Both the position numbers and the translations under genes were made by a program. The notes below the pieces were generated by a model. It was not told where the DNA came from, did not search any database, and saw nothing but the letters and a program-made list of their open reading frames with translations. DNA of 32,000 nucleotides, taken from Planctomycetales bacterium (GTDB lineage: Bacteria; 4484-113; JAFGCY01). Below, piece by piece: positions 15,290 through 23,286 of this stretch (position 1 is its first letter; each line of letters opens with the position of its first letter). The stretch spans positions 630,001 to 662,000 of the forward strand of contig CP060262.1 in the NCBI GenBank assembly GCA_022646745.1, in the 5' to 3' direction.

Positions 15290-15309
15290 TTTACAAATTT
15301 TCCTGTAAA
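15290..15309. promoter_or_regulatory. Second inverted repeat in the divergent control region
   Basis: TTTACA-aattttcc-TGTAAA. It shares the ACAAAT/TTTGT core with the first palindrome and lies in a strongly AT-rich 150-nt gap within otherwise GC-rich DNA. Confidence 0.35.
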
Positions 15310-15382
15310 TTCGCGGAAATCATGTACACGACGACGGCTGGACCCTGATCTATACTGGGTTCAGGAGATACCAGCAACCTGA

Positions 15383-16240
15383 ATGGACCAACAGGAATCT
15401 AGTGGGGACATCACACGGCAGCAGCTCGGGGGCATGACCAATAAGGAGCGCTTCCACGAGGGCCGGCGCATCCCGAAGCAGCTGCGCAGGATTCTCTGGG
15501 AGCTGTGGTCACCGGTCGTCACCAGCGAGGACGAACCTGACGACTGGCAGTTGCTGGAAGTGCTGGACTGGTATCTCTCAACACGCGGACATGGCTCCGT
15601 CGAACATCTGTTCGAAGGGGTGGGCAGGAGTTTCATGTCCATCTCGTTCATTTTCCTGATTGGAATCGTCGTCCTGCTGTTGTTCTTCGCCATTGGCAGT
15701 TACAGCCTGTTTCCCTCCTTTGGGCAGGTTGGCTGGAGCGTACCCGAAATCATTGCCATCGCAGTGATGGCCACAGTTACGGTAGGATGCACGCTTGGAG
15801 CCCAATCCTCAACAGGCCTGAGGAAGCAACTCGGCAAGCGGCTGCATGAACTGGATATCCTGGAGCTTGTCTCAAATGTATACGGTAGCCCGGTTTCGGA
15901 ATACGACCTGGTGCGCCTGCCTCCCCTGGCACGCGGCCAGCATACGGAAACGGAGCTTGTGAATGGCCGGCTGATGGCTGACAATCTTGAGCTGTTCCTC
16001 GGGATGGGCGGTTCCGCCGTCCGCCGGCGGTTGATGGCGGAGCGCGTGCTTTCCGTCCTGCGCGGCACCGCGATGGCGAGTGGCCTGCTGCTGGCCATAC
16101 TGCCAATCGCCGCCATGCCCCTTCTGCTGATCAACATCATGCTGACAAACGACCCCAGGCAGTTCACCAACCGTCGCCATGAGCTGCTGCTGGCGATGCT
16201 AGACGAAATGTATGCAGACGGGAAGACAGTCACGAAGTGA
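15383..16240 (+). CDS. Hypothetical integral membrane protein (about 3 TM helices)
   Basis: 285 aa. It has a charged N-terminal region of about 83 aa, then hydrophobic segments FMSISFIFLIGIVVLLLFFAIGSYSLF, VPEIIAIAVMATVTVGCTLGA and MASGLLLAILPIAAMPLLLINIML. I recognise no family. The start is uncertain: the AGGAG at 15363 is 15 nt from the ATG. Confidence 0.6.
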   Translation: MDQQESSGDITRQQLGGMTNKERFHEGRRIPKQLRRILWELWSPVVTSEDEPDDWQLLEVLDWYLSTRGHGSVEHLFEGVGRSFMSISFIFLIGIVVLLLFFAIGSYSLFPSFGQVGWSVPEIIAIAVMATVTVGCTLGAQSSTGLRKQLGKRLHELDILELVSNVYGSPVSEYDLVRLPPLARGQHTETELVNGRLMADNLELFLGMGGSAVRRRLMAERVLSVLRGTAMASGLLLAILPIAAMPLLLINIMLTNDPRQFTNRRHELLLAMLDEMYADGKTVTK

Positions 16241-16306
16241 TGTAGAAGCATCCGGAAAGAGCAGGAGGACAGGCCGGCTGGTTACCACCTGTTGGAAACA
16301 CCGGAA

Positions 16307-16528
16307 TCAGTCTTCGTCGGGTTGCGGGATCCGGATGCCCGGCTGCTCGGCCTCAAGGCCTGCCTCATCCCCCGGCTGCTCCAAGCCGCCGACGGTGATG
16401 CGCGCACGCACGGGCCGCTCGCCGGTGCCGATGTCCAGCACCTCGCGGGTGATGAAGGCGAGCACGATCAGCAGCACCGACAGTGCCGCCACCAGGCCGA
16501 TTGTTGACCGATTCGTGCTCATGGCCAT
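16307..16528 (-). CDS. Small single-pass membrane protein (73 aa), hypothetical
   Basis: MAMSTNRSTIGLVAALSVLLIVLAFITREVLDIGTGERPVRARITVGGLEQPGDEAGLEAEQPGIRIPQPDED. GGGAG lies 6 nt upstream of the ATG. Third codon positions are GC-rich, as in neighbouring genes. It has a clear TM helix and an acidic Pro/Gly-rich tail. Confidence 0.5.
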   Translation of the reverse strand: MAMSTNRSTIGLVAALSVLLIVLAFITREVLDIGTGERPVRARITVGGLEQPGDEAGLEAEQPGIRIPQPDED

Positions 16529-16640
16529 TAAGACTCCCTATATCAATAATCGTTCGCGCTCGAAAAGCATTTAGCCCTCGGCTGAAATTTCCGCAAAGTC
16601 CTATCGCTCCACACCATCTCGACGCTTTACAGTTGCTGGA

Positions 16641-16646
16641 TATAAT
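16641..16646 (+). promoter_or_regulatory. Candidate -10 box (TATAAT) placed for a leaderless STAND NTPase transcript
   Basis: A perfect TATAAT ends 6 nt before the ATG at 16653, and no Shine-Dalgarno sequence lies between them. The -35 is weak (TCGAC-like). Confidence 0.35.
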
Positions 16647-16652
16647 CGACGG

Positions 16653-19481
16653 ATGCACGCATTGCATGGCCGGGACGCAGAGCTCGCCCTACTGGTTGAA
16701 GCATGGGAACAGGCACGCCGGGGCCAGGTGCGCTATGTGCGGATTGCGGGCGAGCCTGGACTGGGCAAGACCCGCCTTGTGCAGGAGCTGTACCGCATCC
16801 TGACAACACAGTACGACCCGGCTGCCGTTGAGACAGGAACCGGCTACTGGCCCGACCTGTTCCTCGGCGCTCGCGTGATGGACAGCGTGCGGCCACGCTT
16901 CCCGGCGGACGGTCCGCCGAAGATTCCCCTACCCTTCATGTGGTGGGCAGTGGTCTGCCGCCAGGGCAATGAGCATGTGCCGGACAGTTTCGCACCGTTC
17001 CTTGATGCGATGGAGCAGCTTTCACTGCACCTCGACGGCATTATGCGCGCCAAGCTGGTGAAGGATGCCTGGCTGGATGCCGGACGAAGCTTCCTTGAGG
17101 CCGGACTGGGCTTCACACCGGTCGGTCCGCTGGTGGACGTGTACGCCGCGCTTCGCTCGGTCTGGCAACTCGGCAAGCGCCAGCATGAACTGAAGGGCGG
17201 GCGCAGCATCACGGATCTGTCAGGCGGGAAGGACATCTACCTGGGGCAGAAGCCCGAGGACATGGTCAGCCGCCTGCTGTCAACGCTGAATGACCCAGCT
17301 GACAACAAGCTGCCGACCGTGCCGCTGGTGCTGGTGCTTGACGATGCGCAGTGGGCGGATGCACGCAGCCTCGGTTTCGTGCAGCGCATGCTGGAACTCG
17401 GGGTGGAGCGCGAATGGAGCCTCCTGTGCATCAGCACGATCCGCTCCAACGAACTGGCCAGCCAGCTGCGGGCTGCAGAGGAAGGGGAGAACCGGCTGGC
17501 TGCCACCGCCGCTGAGCTGGAGACCGGCTTGATCCGCCATACCGGTGAAGCCAATGTGCGCAGGATTGACCTCACGCAGGACCTGGACCAGGCAGCAATC
17601 AACAGCATCATCTCCGACCACATCCCGCATGCAGGTGAAGAGACCATCAAGGCCATCGCAAGCCGCGCCGGCAACCACCCCTTCTATGCCGTGAACTATG
17701 CACTGCTGGTCCGGGAGGAAGGCTGGGTTGACAGCAACGGGACACTGACGGTTGGCAGCGATGAACTGTCCCGAATTCCGGCGGGCATCCGGGAGCTGAT
17801 CGACCGCCGCCTGCGCCTGCTGGATGGCAACCGCCGCCGGGTGCTGGAGTGGGCCAGCGTACAGGGCCAGCGCTTCCTCGATGAACTGATCTCACTCGTA
17901 TCGCGTGAGATGGACATCAAGCCGATCCGGGCCAGCGCATGGCTGACGGAGCTGACTGAGGTGCACCAGCTGGTGAACCGGCAGCAGCGGCAGCTGGACT
18001 GGTCGTTGTATGGCTTCACCCATCGCCTGCTGTTCGAGCGGGTGGCGGAGGGCTTCGGAGATGACAACCCGGAGCACGGACTTGTACGGGACTGCCTCGG
18101 CGAGCTGCTGCGGGAGTACATGGAGGAGAAGCTGCTGGGGGAGCTGCCGCAGGACGAGCAGCGCAGCGCCCTGCGCTGGCTCAGCGACTACGCGGCGGAC
18201 AGGCAGAAGCGCCGCCGCGAGCAGGACACTGCAGGCTGGAAACGTACTGAGATAGAGAGTTTCCTGCTCTACTTCAGCACCATTCCAATCGGCAATCGCG
18301 AACGTATGGACCTTGCGGACAGGGCGACCCGGCTGATGAAGGAAGCCGGGCTGTACAGGAAGGCGCATGAGCTGGCAGCTGAATCCGTGAAGATCCAGCG
18401 CCAGCGCCAGCATACTGACCAACTGGATACGCTTGAATCACAGGCTGAAGCACTCTGGCAACTGGCCCGGGAGCAGGACTCCGGCCTGCCGGAACAGTCG
18501 ACATACCTGCAGATCTCACGCTCGGCCGTGGCACTGCTGGACGGCGACCTGCCACGTGCGGTGGAACTGGCGGAACAGGCGATCGAGCTCGCCGTGGAAA
18601 CGGAGGACGAGCCGCAGCTAGCCAAGTGCGACCTGCTGCTGGCAAGCTATCTGATGCAGCTAGGGCGCTTGCAGGAGGCTGAGGAGATCCTCCTGCGGCT
18701 GGACAGCGAGGGTTTCAGCGAGCGCACGAACATCAGCCGGACATCGCTGCTGCAGTACCTGGCGCTGTGCAACCTGCTGCAGAAGCGCGATGAGCAGGGC
18801 ATCAGCCTGCTGCTGCAGGCACTGGACTGCGCGAGGGCCAGCGGCGACCAGCTGCACGCTACGCAGATCACGTCAAACATCGGCGTCTATTACTCCAAGC
18901 ACGATGACATCCCGCAGGCCTACGAGTACACGCGGCAGGCACTGCACATGGCTGAGGAAGTCGGAGATGAAAGCTCAAGGCTGTTCAGCCTCTGCTCGCT
19001 CGGATCGATTGACTTCTCAGAGGGTGACTACGAACAGGCCTGCTCCCGGCTGGAGACGGCACACAGCATCGCCATCGAACGCAATGCGCATCTGCGCCTG
19101 ATGCGCTTCTTCATCACCCTGATGCGCGCGCAGCTCAGCATTGGCAACTACTCCCGTGCCGCGGAGCTGGCGGGCTGGTTCCACGGGCTTGGCGTTGACA
19201 ACCCTGGCACCCTCGCGAAGATGGACATTGCGAGGATCGAAGCCGCACTGCTGCTGGACACCGGCGGGCATGACAGCGCGCAGCAGGCGGACCTTCAGTC
19301 GTTCATCGGGCCGGCACCTGAAGCTGGCCCCGGTCTATTGCAGTTCTGCCAGGAACTGCTGGGGCTGTGCCGGGAGCGGATGGTGGATCCGGCTGCCGTG
19401 CTGCTGCAGGAGCTGCCGCAGGAAGTCGATGCACTGGCGCGCAGGCTGGATGGACTGGCTGGCAAGTCCGCAGCTGACTAG
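16653..19481 (+). CDS. STAND-type (AAA16-like) NTPase with C-terminal TPR-like repeats and no recognisable effector domain
   Basis: 942 aa. It begins LHGRDAELALLVEAWEQARRGQVRYVRIAGEPGLGKTRL, with Walker A at 16749-16772. Walker B LVLVLDDAQWAD starts at 17325, after an insert of about 185 aa, as is typical of AAA16. The C-terminal roughly 380 aa are helical repeats, e.g. NIGVYYSKHDDIPQAYEYTRQALHMAEEVGD and GSIDFSEGDYEQACSRLETAHSIA. Confidence 0.8.
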   Translation: MHALHGRDAELALLVEAWEQARRGQVRYVRIAGEPGLGKTRLVQELYRILTTQYDPAAVETGTGYWPDLFLGARVMDSVRPRFPADGPPKIPLPFMWWAVVCRQGNEHVPDSFAPFLDAMEQLSLHLDGIMRAKLVKDAWLDAGRSFLEAGLGFTPVGPLVDVYAALRSVWQLGKRQHELKGGRSITDLSGGKDIYLGQKPEDMVSRLLSTLNDPADNKLPTVPLVLVLDDAQWADARSLGFVQRMLELGVEREWSLLCISTIRSNELASQLRAAEEGENRLAATAAELETGLIRHTGEANVRRIDLTQDLDQAAINSIISDHIPHAGEETIKAIASRAGNHPFYAVNYALLVREEGWVDSNGTLTVGSDELSRIPAGIRELIDRRLRLLDGNRRRVLEWASVQGQRFLDELISLVSREMDIKPIRASAWLTELTEVHQLVNRQQRQLDWSLYGFTHRLLFERVAEGFGDDNPEHGLVRDCLGELLREYMEEKLLGELPQDEQRSALRWLSDYAADRQKRRREQDTAGWKRTEIESFLLYFSTIPIGNRERMDLADRATRLMKEAGLYRKAHELAAESVKIQRQRQHTDQLDTLESQAEALWQLAREQDSGLPEQSTYLQISRSAVALLDGDLPRAVELAEQAIELAVETEDEPQLAKCDLLLASYLMQLGRLQEAEEILLRLDSEGFSERTNISRTSLLQYLALCNLLQKRDEQGISLLLQALDCARASGDQLHATQITSNIGVYYSKHDDIPQAYEYTRQALHMAEEVGDESSRLFSLCSLGSIDFSEGDYEQACSRLETAHSIAIERNAHLRLMRFFITLMRAQLSIGNYSRAAELAGWFHGLGVDNPGTLAKMDIARIEAALLLDTGGHDSAQQADLQSFIGPAPEAGPGLLQFCQELLGLCRERMVDPAAVLLQELPQEVDALARRLDGLAGKSAAD

Positions 19482-21586
19482 CCCGGCCGGTCCGGGTCGC
19501 CCTCGCGGCGGATGCGGCGGATCCGCATCTCGCGCTTCTTCTCCACCTTGGCCTCCTCGAGTTCGTTGTCACGTTCGAGGTACTTGCGGATATGCTCGGC
19601 GAAGGACTGCCCGATGCCCTTCACCTCCAGCAGCTCCTCCACCGTGGCCTCCCGCAGGCGCTTCCCGCTGCCGAAGTGCCGCAGCAGCTCCCGCTTGCGC
19701 GTCTCCCCCAGCCCCGGCACGGTGTCCAGGACGGAGATGCGCATCGCCTTCTCCTTCATCTTCGAGTGCTGGGTGTTGCCAAAGCGGTGCGCCTCATTGC
19801 GCAGCTCCACCAGCAGCCGCAGGCCGGGGTCCGTATGCGGCAGGCGGATCTCCTCCAGCTGGTCGATGTCGTTGTAGTGGTAGACCAGCTCCTCCTGCTT
19901 TGCGAGGCTGCACAGCTTGATGCCGTCGAGCACCTCGCGCTGCTCCGTTGACAGGTCCGGATCGTCCATCAGCTGGTCGAACACGCGGCGCACGCTATTG
20001 AGCTGCCCCTTGCCGCCGTCAATCATCACGAGGTCCACCTGCTTCTTCCACTTCGGGTCGGTCAGCAGGCGTTTCAGCCTGCGGTGCAGGGTCTCCATCA
20101 GCATCGCGTAGTCATCCGGGGTCTGCTTCAGGCGGATGTTGAACAGGCGGTACTCCGGGGCATCCTTGCGCCCGCCGGTGAACACCACCATCGCGCCCGT
20201 GGCCTGCTGGCCCTGCAGGTTGGCAATGTCGTAGCCCTCGATGCGGCGCGGGTAGTCCGGCAGCGAGAGGTGCTCCTTCAGCGCTTTCTGCCCCGGCGTG
20301 ACGACGTAGTCCCCGCCACCCCCCAAGAGCACCGTGTGCAGGCGCTCCTGCGCATTGCGATTGGCAATCCCCAGGAGCTCCAGCTTCTTGCCGCGCTTCG
20401 GCGTCGTCAGCAGCACGCGGCGGATCGGCATCCCGGCGGTGTCGGTGATCGCCACATTGCCATCTCCGGAGACCAGTTCCGGCACCACGCCGGCCTCGCC
20501 GTTCTCCGCGAAGCTGCCGGCGAGGATCGCCACCTCCTCAGCCTCACCGCGGTGCTCCAGCGCCTGGAAGCGCAGCCGGCCAAGCCACTGGCGGATCACC
20601 TCCGCATCCTGCGGCTGGTGCGGCAGCACAAGCTCCGGCGGCACGTTCTGCGGGTTGGCATAGTGCAGCTTGAGGAAGCCGGACAGCACGTCGTTGTCAG
20701 CACTGTCCTCCAGGCGGTGGTCCAGCACGAACTTGCGGTCGCCGATCAGGCGCCCGTCACGTACCGGCATCACCAGCACACAGGCCTTGTCGCGGCTGCG
20801 CGCCAGCCCGAGCACGTCGTAGTTCTCGCCGGGCCGCCCGATCATGCGCGTGCGCTGGAAGCTCTTCTCGGCGGCCTCGATCAGGTCACGGTAGCGCGCT
20901 GCGGACTCATAGTCGCGGTTCTCCGCCGCCTCCCACATCCGCTTCTTCATCTCGTCAATCACGGTGCCGTAGTTGCCATTGAAGAAGTCCACGGCGTACT
21001 GCACCAGCGCGCCGTACTTCTTCTCGTCGATGTAGCCGACACAGGGCGCGCTGCACAGCTTCAGGTGGAAGTCCAGGCAGGGCTTGTGGTACTTGTGCTC
21101 GTCGTCAATCTCCAGCTTGCAGGTCCTGAGCTGGAACATTCCGGCGATGAACTTCATCGCGCTCCTGACCTGCCCCACGCTCGTCATCGGCCCCCAGTAG
21201 CGCGCGCCGTCGTCAAGGTACTGCCGCGTCAGCATCACGCGCGGGAACTTCTCATTGGTGCTGATCTTGACGTAGGGGTAGGACTTGTCGTCCTTGAGCA
21301 TCGTGTTGTAGCGCGGCTTGAAGGTGCGGATCAGCGAACTTTCCAGCATCAGCGCGTCAATCTCCGTCGGCACCACGATCCAGTCCAGGTCGCGGATCTC
21401 CGTAACGAGCTGGGCGATGCGCGGATCGCTCTCGGCGGCGGCGGTGAAGTAGCTCGAGACACGGTTCTTCAGCACCAACGCCTTGCCGATGTACAGGATC
21501 TTGCCGCGCGCGTCCTTCATCTGGTACACGCCCGGTGAATCCGGCAACTGGCGCAGCTTGCGGTGGACCTGCTCGGGATACTCCAT
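19478..21586 (-). CDS. uvrC: Excinuclease ABC subunit C
   Basis: GIY-YIG motif MEYPEQVHRKLRQLPDSPGVYQMKDARGKILYIGKALVLKNRVSSYF. UVR-like motif YESAARYRDLIEAAEK. Endonuclease region RIEGYDIANLQG. HhH motif LLEVKGIGQSFAEHIRKYL. I prefer the start at 21586; the ORF track's 84 extra N-terminal residues look non-coding. Confidence 0.92.
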   Translation of the reverse strand: MEYPEQVHRKLRQLPDSPGVYQMKDARGKILYIGKALVLKNRVSSYFTAAAESDPRIAQLVTEIRDLDWIVVPTEIDALMLESSLIRTFKPRYNTMLKDDKSYPYVKISTNEKFPRVMLTRQYLDDGARYWGPMTSVGQVRSAMKFIAGMFQLRTCKLEIDDEHKYHKPCLDFHLKLCSAPCVGYIDEKKYGALVQYAVDFFNGNYGTVIDEMKKRMWEAAENRDYESAARYRDLIEAAEKSFQRTRMIGRPGENYDVLGLARSRDKACVLVMPVRDGRLIGDRKFVLDHRLEDSADNDVLSGFLKLHYANPQNVPPELVLPHQPQDAEVIRQWLGRLRFQALEHRGEAEEVAILAGSFAENGEAGVVPELVSGDGNVAITDTAGMPIRRVLLTTPKRGKKLELLGIANRNAQERLHTVLLGGGGDYVVTPGQKALKEHLSLPDYPRRIEGYDIANLQGQQATGAMVVFTGGRKDAPEYRLFNIRLKQTPDDYAMLMETLHRRLKRLLTDPKWKKQVDLVMIDGGKGQLNSVRRVFDQLMDDPDLSTEQREVLDGIKLCSLAKQEELVYHYNDIDQLEEIRLPHTDPGLRLLVELRNEAHRFGNTQHSKMKEKAMRISVLDTVPGLGETRKRELLRHFGSGKRLREATVEELLEVKGIGQSFAEHIRKYLERDNELEEAKVEKKREMRIRRIRREGDPDRPG

Positions 21587-21660
21587 CACAGTAGGATGAT
21601 ACCCGGCGAATGGTGGACGTTTGTTAAGGAGGCGGAGGTGTGCAACTTGCTTGCGCACAA

Positions 21661-21725
21661 TGGAATGTAGCAATAGTCTGAGTAGTTTGAGTAGTCTGCA
21701 AAGTAGAAGAAGTGTAAGAAGTAGC
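21661..21725. repeat. C-poor, TAG-rich short tandem repeats in the uvrC / 21842 divergent intergenic region
   Basis: TGAGTAGTT-TGAGTAGTC, then AAGTAGAAG-AAGTGTAAG-AAGTAG, all 9-nt units. TAG or TAA recurs every 6-12 nt on the plus strand. Confidence 0.6.
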
Positions 21726-21841
21726 CGGCGCGTTCCTGCAGCTGAATTCCATTTCTTCACAGCCTCCCACTTCCCTGCCCCCTGCAACCGGCAACCTGCA
21801 ACCTTGTTTCCATGTCCTACGATAGTCGGGGAGGACACTCA

Positions 21842-23227
21842 ATGAAACTGCCTTGGGTAATGGCAGCAATGCTGCTGTTGGCGTTGACTTTCAACTCCTA
21901 TCCTGCCAACGCTCAGGATGACGACTCTGATTTCGAGGAAACTGCCCATCAGATCCTACAGCGCGAGGATGTGCAGGCGCGTATTGATGGCGCGAGACCA
22001 AAGCCGAGCGGCGATGCTCTGTTTGACCGCTATGCAGCCGCAATCTTGGATTACTCAGCGCCAGAAGCATTTGTCTACATTTCGCACAATGATGCCGCCA
22101 TCGCTGAGCCAGCCCTGCTGCCTGATAGCGTGCTGCTGGATTGGGAGGATGAGTTCGGGGATGACCCGCGCTGGTGGGAGCTACGTATCTACTGCAGGCA
22201 GGCTGGCAGCAGTGGAGTATTCATGGACATCGGGGACGGGATGGCAATTCTGGAGGAAGCTTATGAGCGTGGCATCCGCAGCCCTGCTCTCCTGATGCGC
22301 TTGATTTCGGAAAAGCAACTCAAGAATCGCATTCGAACTCCGCGGGACAGCGGCTTGCCGCAGTTTATGTGGGAAGGGGAATCCAGCGCGGAGCTGCTGC
22401 TACTCCTCAACGAATACACTTCACGGTATCCCGAACACGCCTGGGCGTACCTGGAGCGTGCGCTCCTGCAGTTCAGCAATGGCAACGAAGCTGAGGCGCT
22501 GGAAGACCTGGACAGGTCGCTGGCTGCACCATTCACTGGCCCGATTCCGGAATTCCCGGTTAGTTCCGTGATTGACAGTTTCAAGGATGGACAGGCTCCC
22601 GGGAATGAGATCCTGGCAGGCATGCTGATCGGACCAAACCTTACCGATTACAACTCTCGCAACTGGATATCCGCCTCTGCCAGCCTCCAACTTGCCTACT
22701 GGGTTTCGCTGAAGCTGCTGGAGGAGGGGCGATTCAACGAATTGCAGACACTGCACAGAGCAATGCTGCATAACCGTGCCTACTATCGGATGAGGGATTC
22801 TGGTGACACATTCCTGCTGCAAGTCATCATAGGCACCTTGAAGGCCTGCACCAGAGATTACCCGGATTACCTTGAGGTACAGCAACGCAAGGACCTGCCC
22901 TTCCTGATTGATGATTTGAGAGTGCTGCAGATGGAAAGGGAGGAGATATTCACGGCATTGAACAATCCACAGCGATATGAGGAGTACGTAGCGCAGAAAA
23001 AACTGCTCCCTGCCGCAATCCGGATGGCAGAGAACCAGCCAGGCGCTCGCGAGACACTGGACCTGTGGATATCCGGTGGCATGGGGTTCAGGGTTTTCGA
23101 GGAAATCTGGCAACAGCAAAGACAACTCTACACTGGCAAGGAACTGGCTTCTTACGATTTGGACGTTGTTGATGCCATTGACGCCTGGGACTGGACTGCT
23201 TTGCCCGTTATACAGCTTGCAAGATAG
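21842..23227 (+). CDS. Secreted alpha-helical hypothetical protein (one TPR-like stretch)
   Basis: MKLPWVMAAMLLLALTFNSYPANA signal peptide. GGAGG lies 8 nt upstream of the ATG at 21842; the ORF track starts at 21812. It contains YPEHAWAYLERALLQFSNGNEAEALEDLDRSL. It looks lower in GC than its neighbours by eye. Confidence 0.75.
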   Translation: MKLPWVMAAMLLLALTFNSYPANAQDDDSDFEETAHQILQREDVQARIDGARPKPSGDALFDRYAAAILDYSAPEAFVYISHNDAAIAEPALLPDSVLLDWEDEFGDDPRWWELRIYCRQAGSSGVFMDIGDGMAILEEAYERGIRSPALLMRLISEKQLKNRIRTPRDSGLPQFMWEGESSAELLLLLNEYTSRYPEHAWAYLERALLQFSNGNEAEALEDLDRSLAAPFTGPIPEFPVSSVIDSFKDGQAPGNEILAGMLIGPNLTDYNSRNWISASASLQLAYWVSLKLLEEGRFNELQTLHRAMLHNRAYYRMRDSGDTFLLQVIIGTLKACTRDYPDYLEVQQRKDLPFLIDDLRVLQMEREEIFTALNNPQRYEEYVAQKKLLPAAIRMAENQPGARETLDLWISGGMGFRVFEEIWQQQRQLYTGKELASYDLDVVDAIDAWDWTALPVIQLAR

Positions 23228-23286
23228 GGATCAGCCCAAAAAGTTAAATCCGGGTATAATGCGCGGTTGAGTCCTGGAGGCCAATC

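Noticed and set aside
16212-16574. A 120-aa plus-strand ORF and other ORFs (16292-16507, 16365-16667, 16483-16803) between the membrane-protein gene and the STAND gene
   Set aside because: Their translations are Arg/Ser/Gly-rich with no SD. The minus-strand 73-aa ORF in the same space has a proper SD, a TM helix and GC3-biased codons, so I consider it the only plausible gene there.
20084-21538. A 484-aa plus-strand ORF antisense to uvrC, plus ORFs at 19141-19920 and 19512-19877
   Set aside because: The minus strand carries an unmistakable UvrC (GIY-YIG, UVR and HhH motifs). The plus-strand translations are compositionally biased, rich in R, A, L, H and Q, with no recognisable domain.
21587-21838. 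An 84-aa N-terminal extension of the uvrC ORF as listed in the ORF track
   Set aside because: The extension runs through the TAG/9-mer repeat region and translates to low-complexity L/R/K sequence. UvrC homology begins at MEYPEQVHRKLRQLP, so 21586 is the more likely start.
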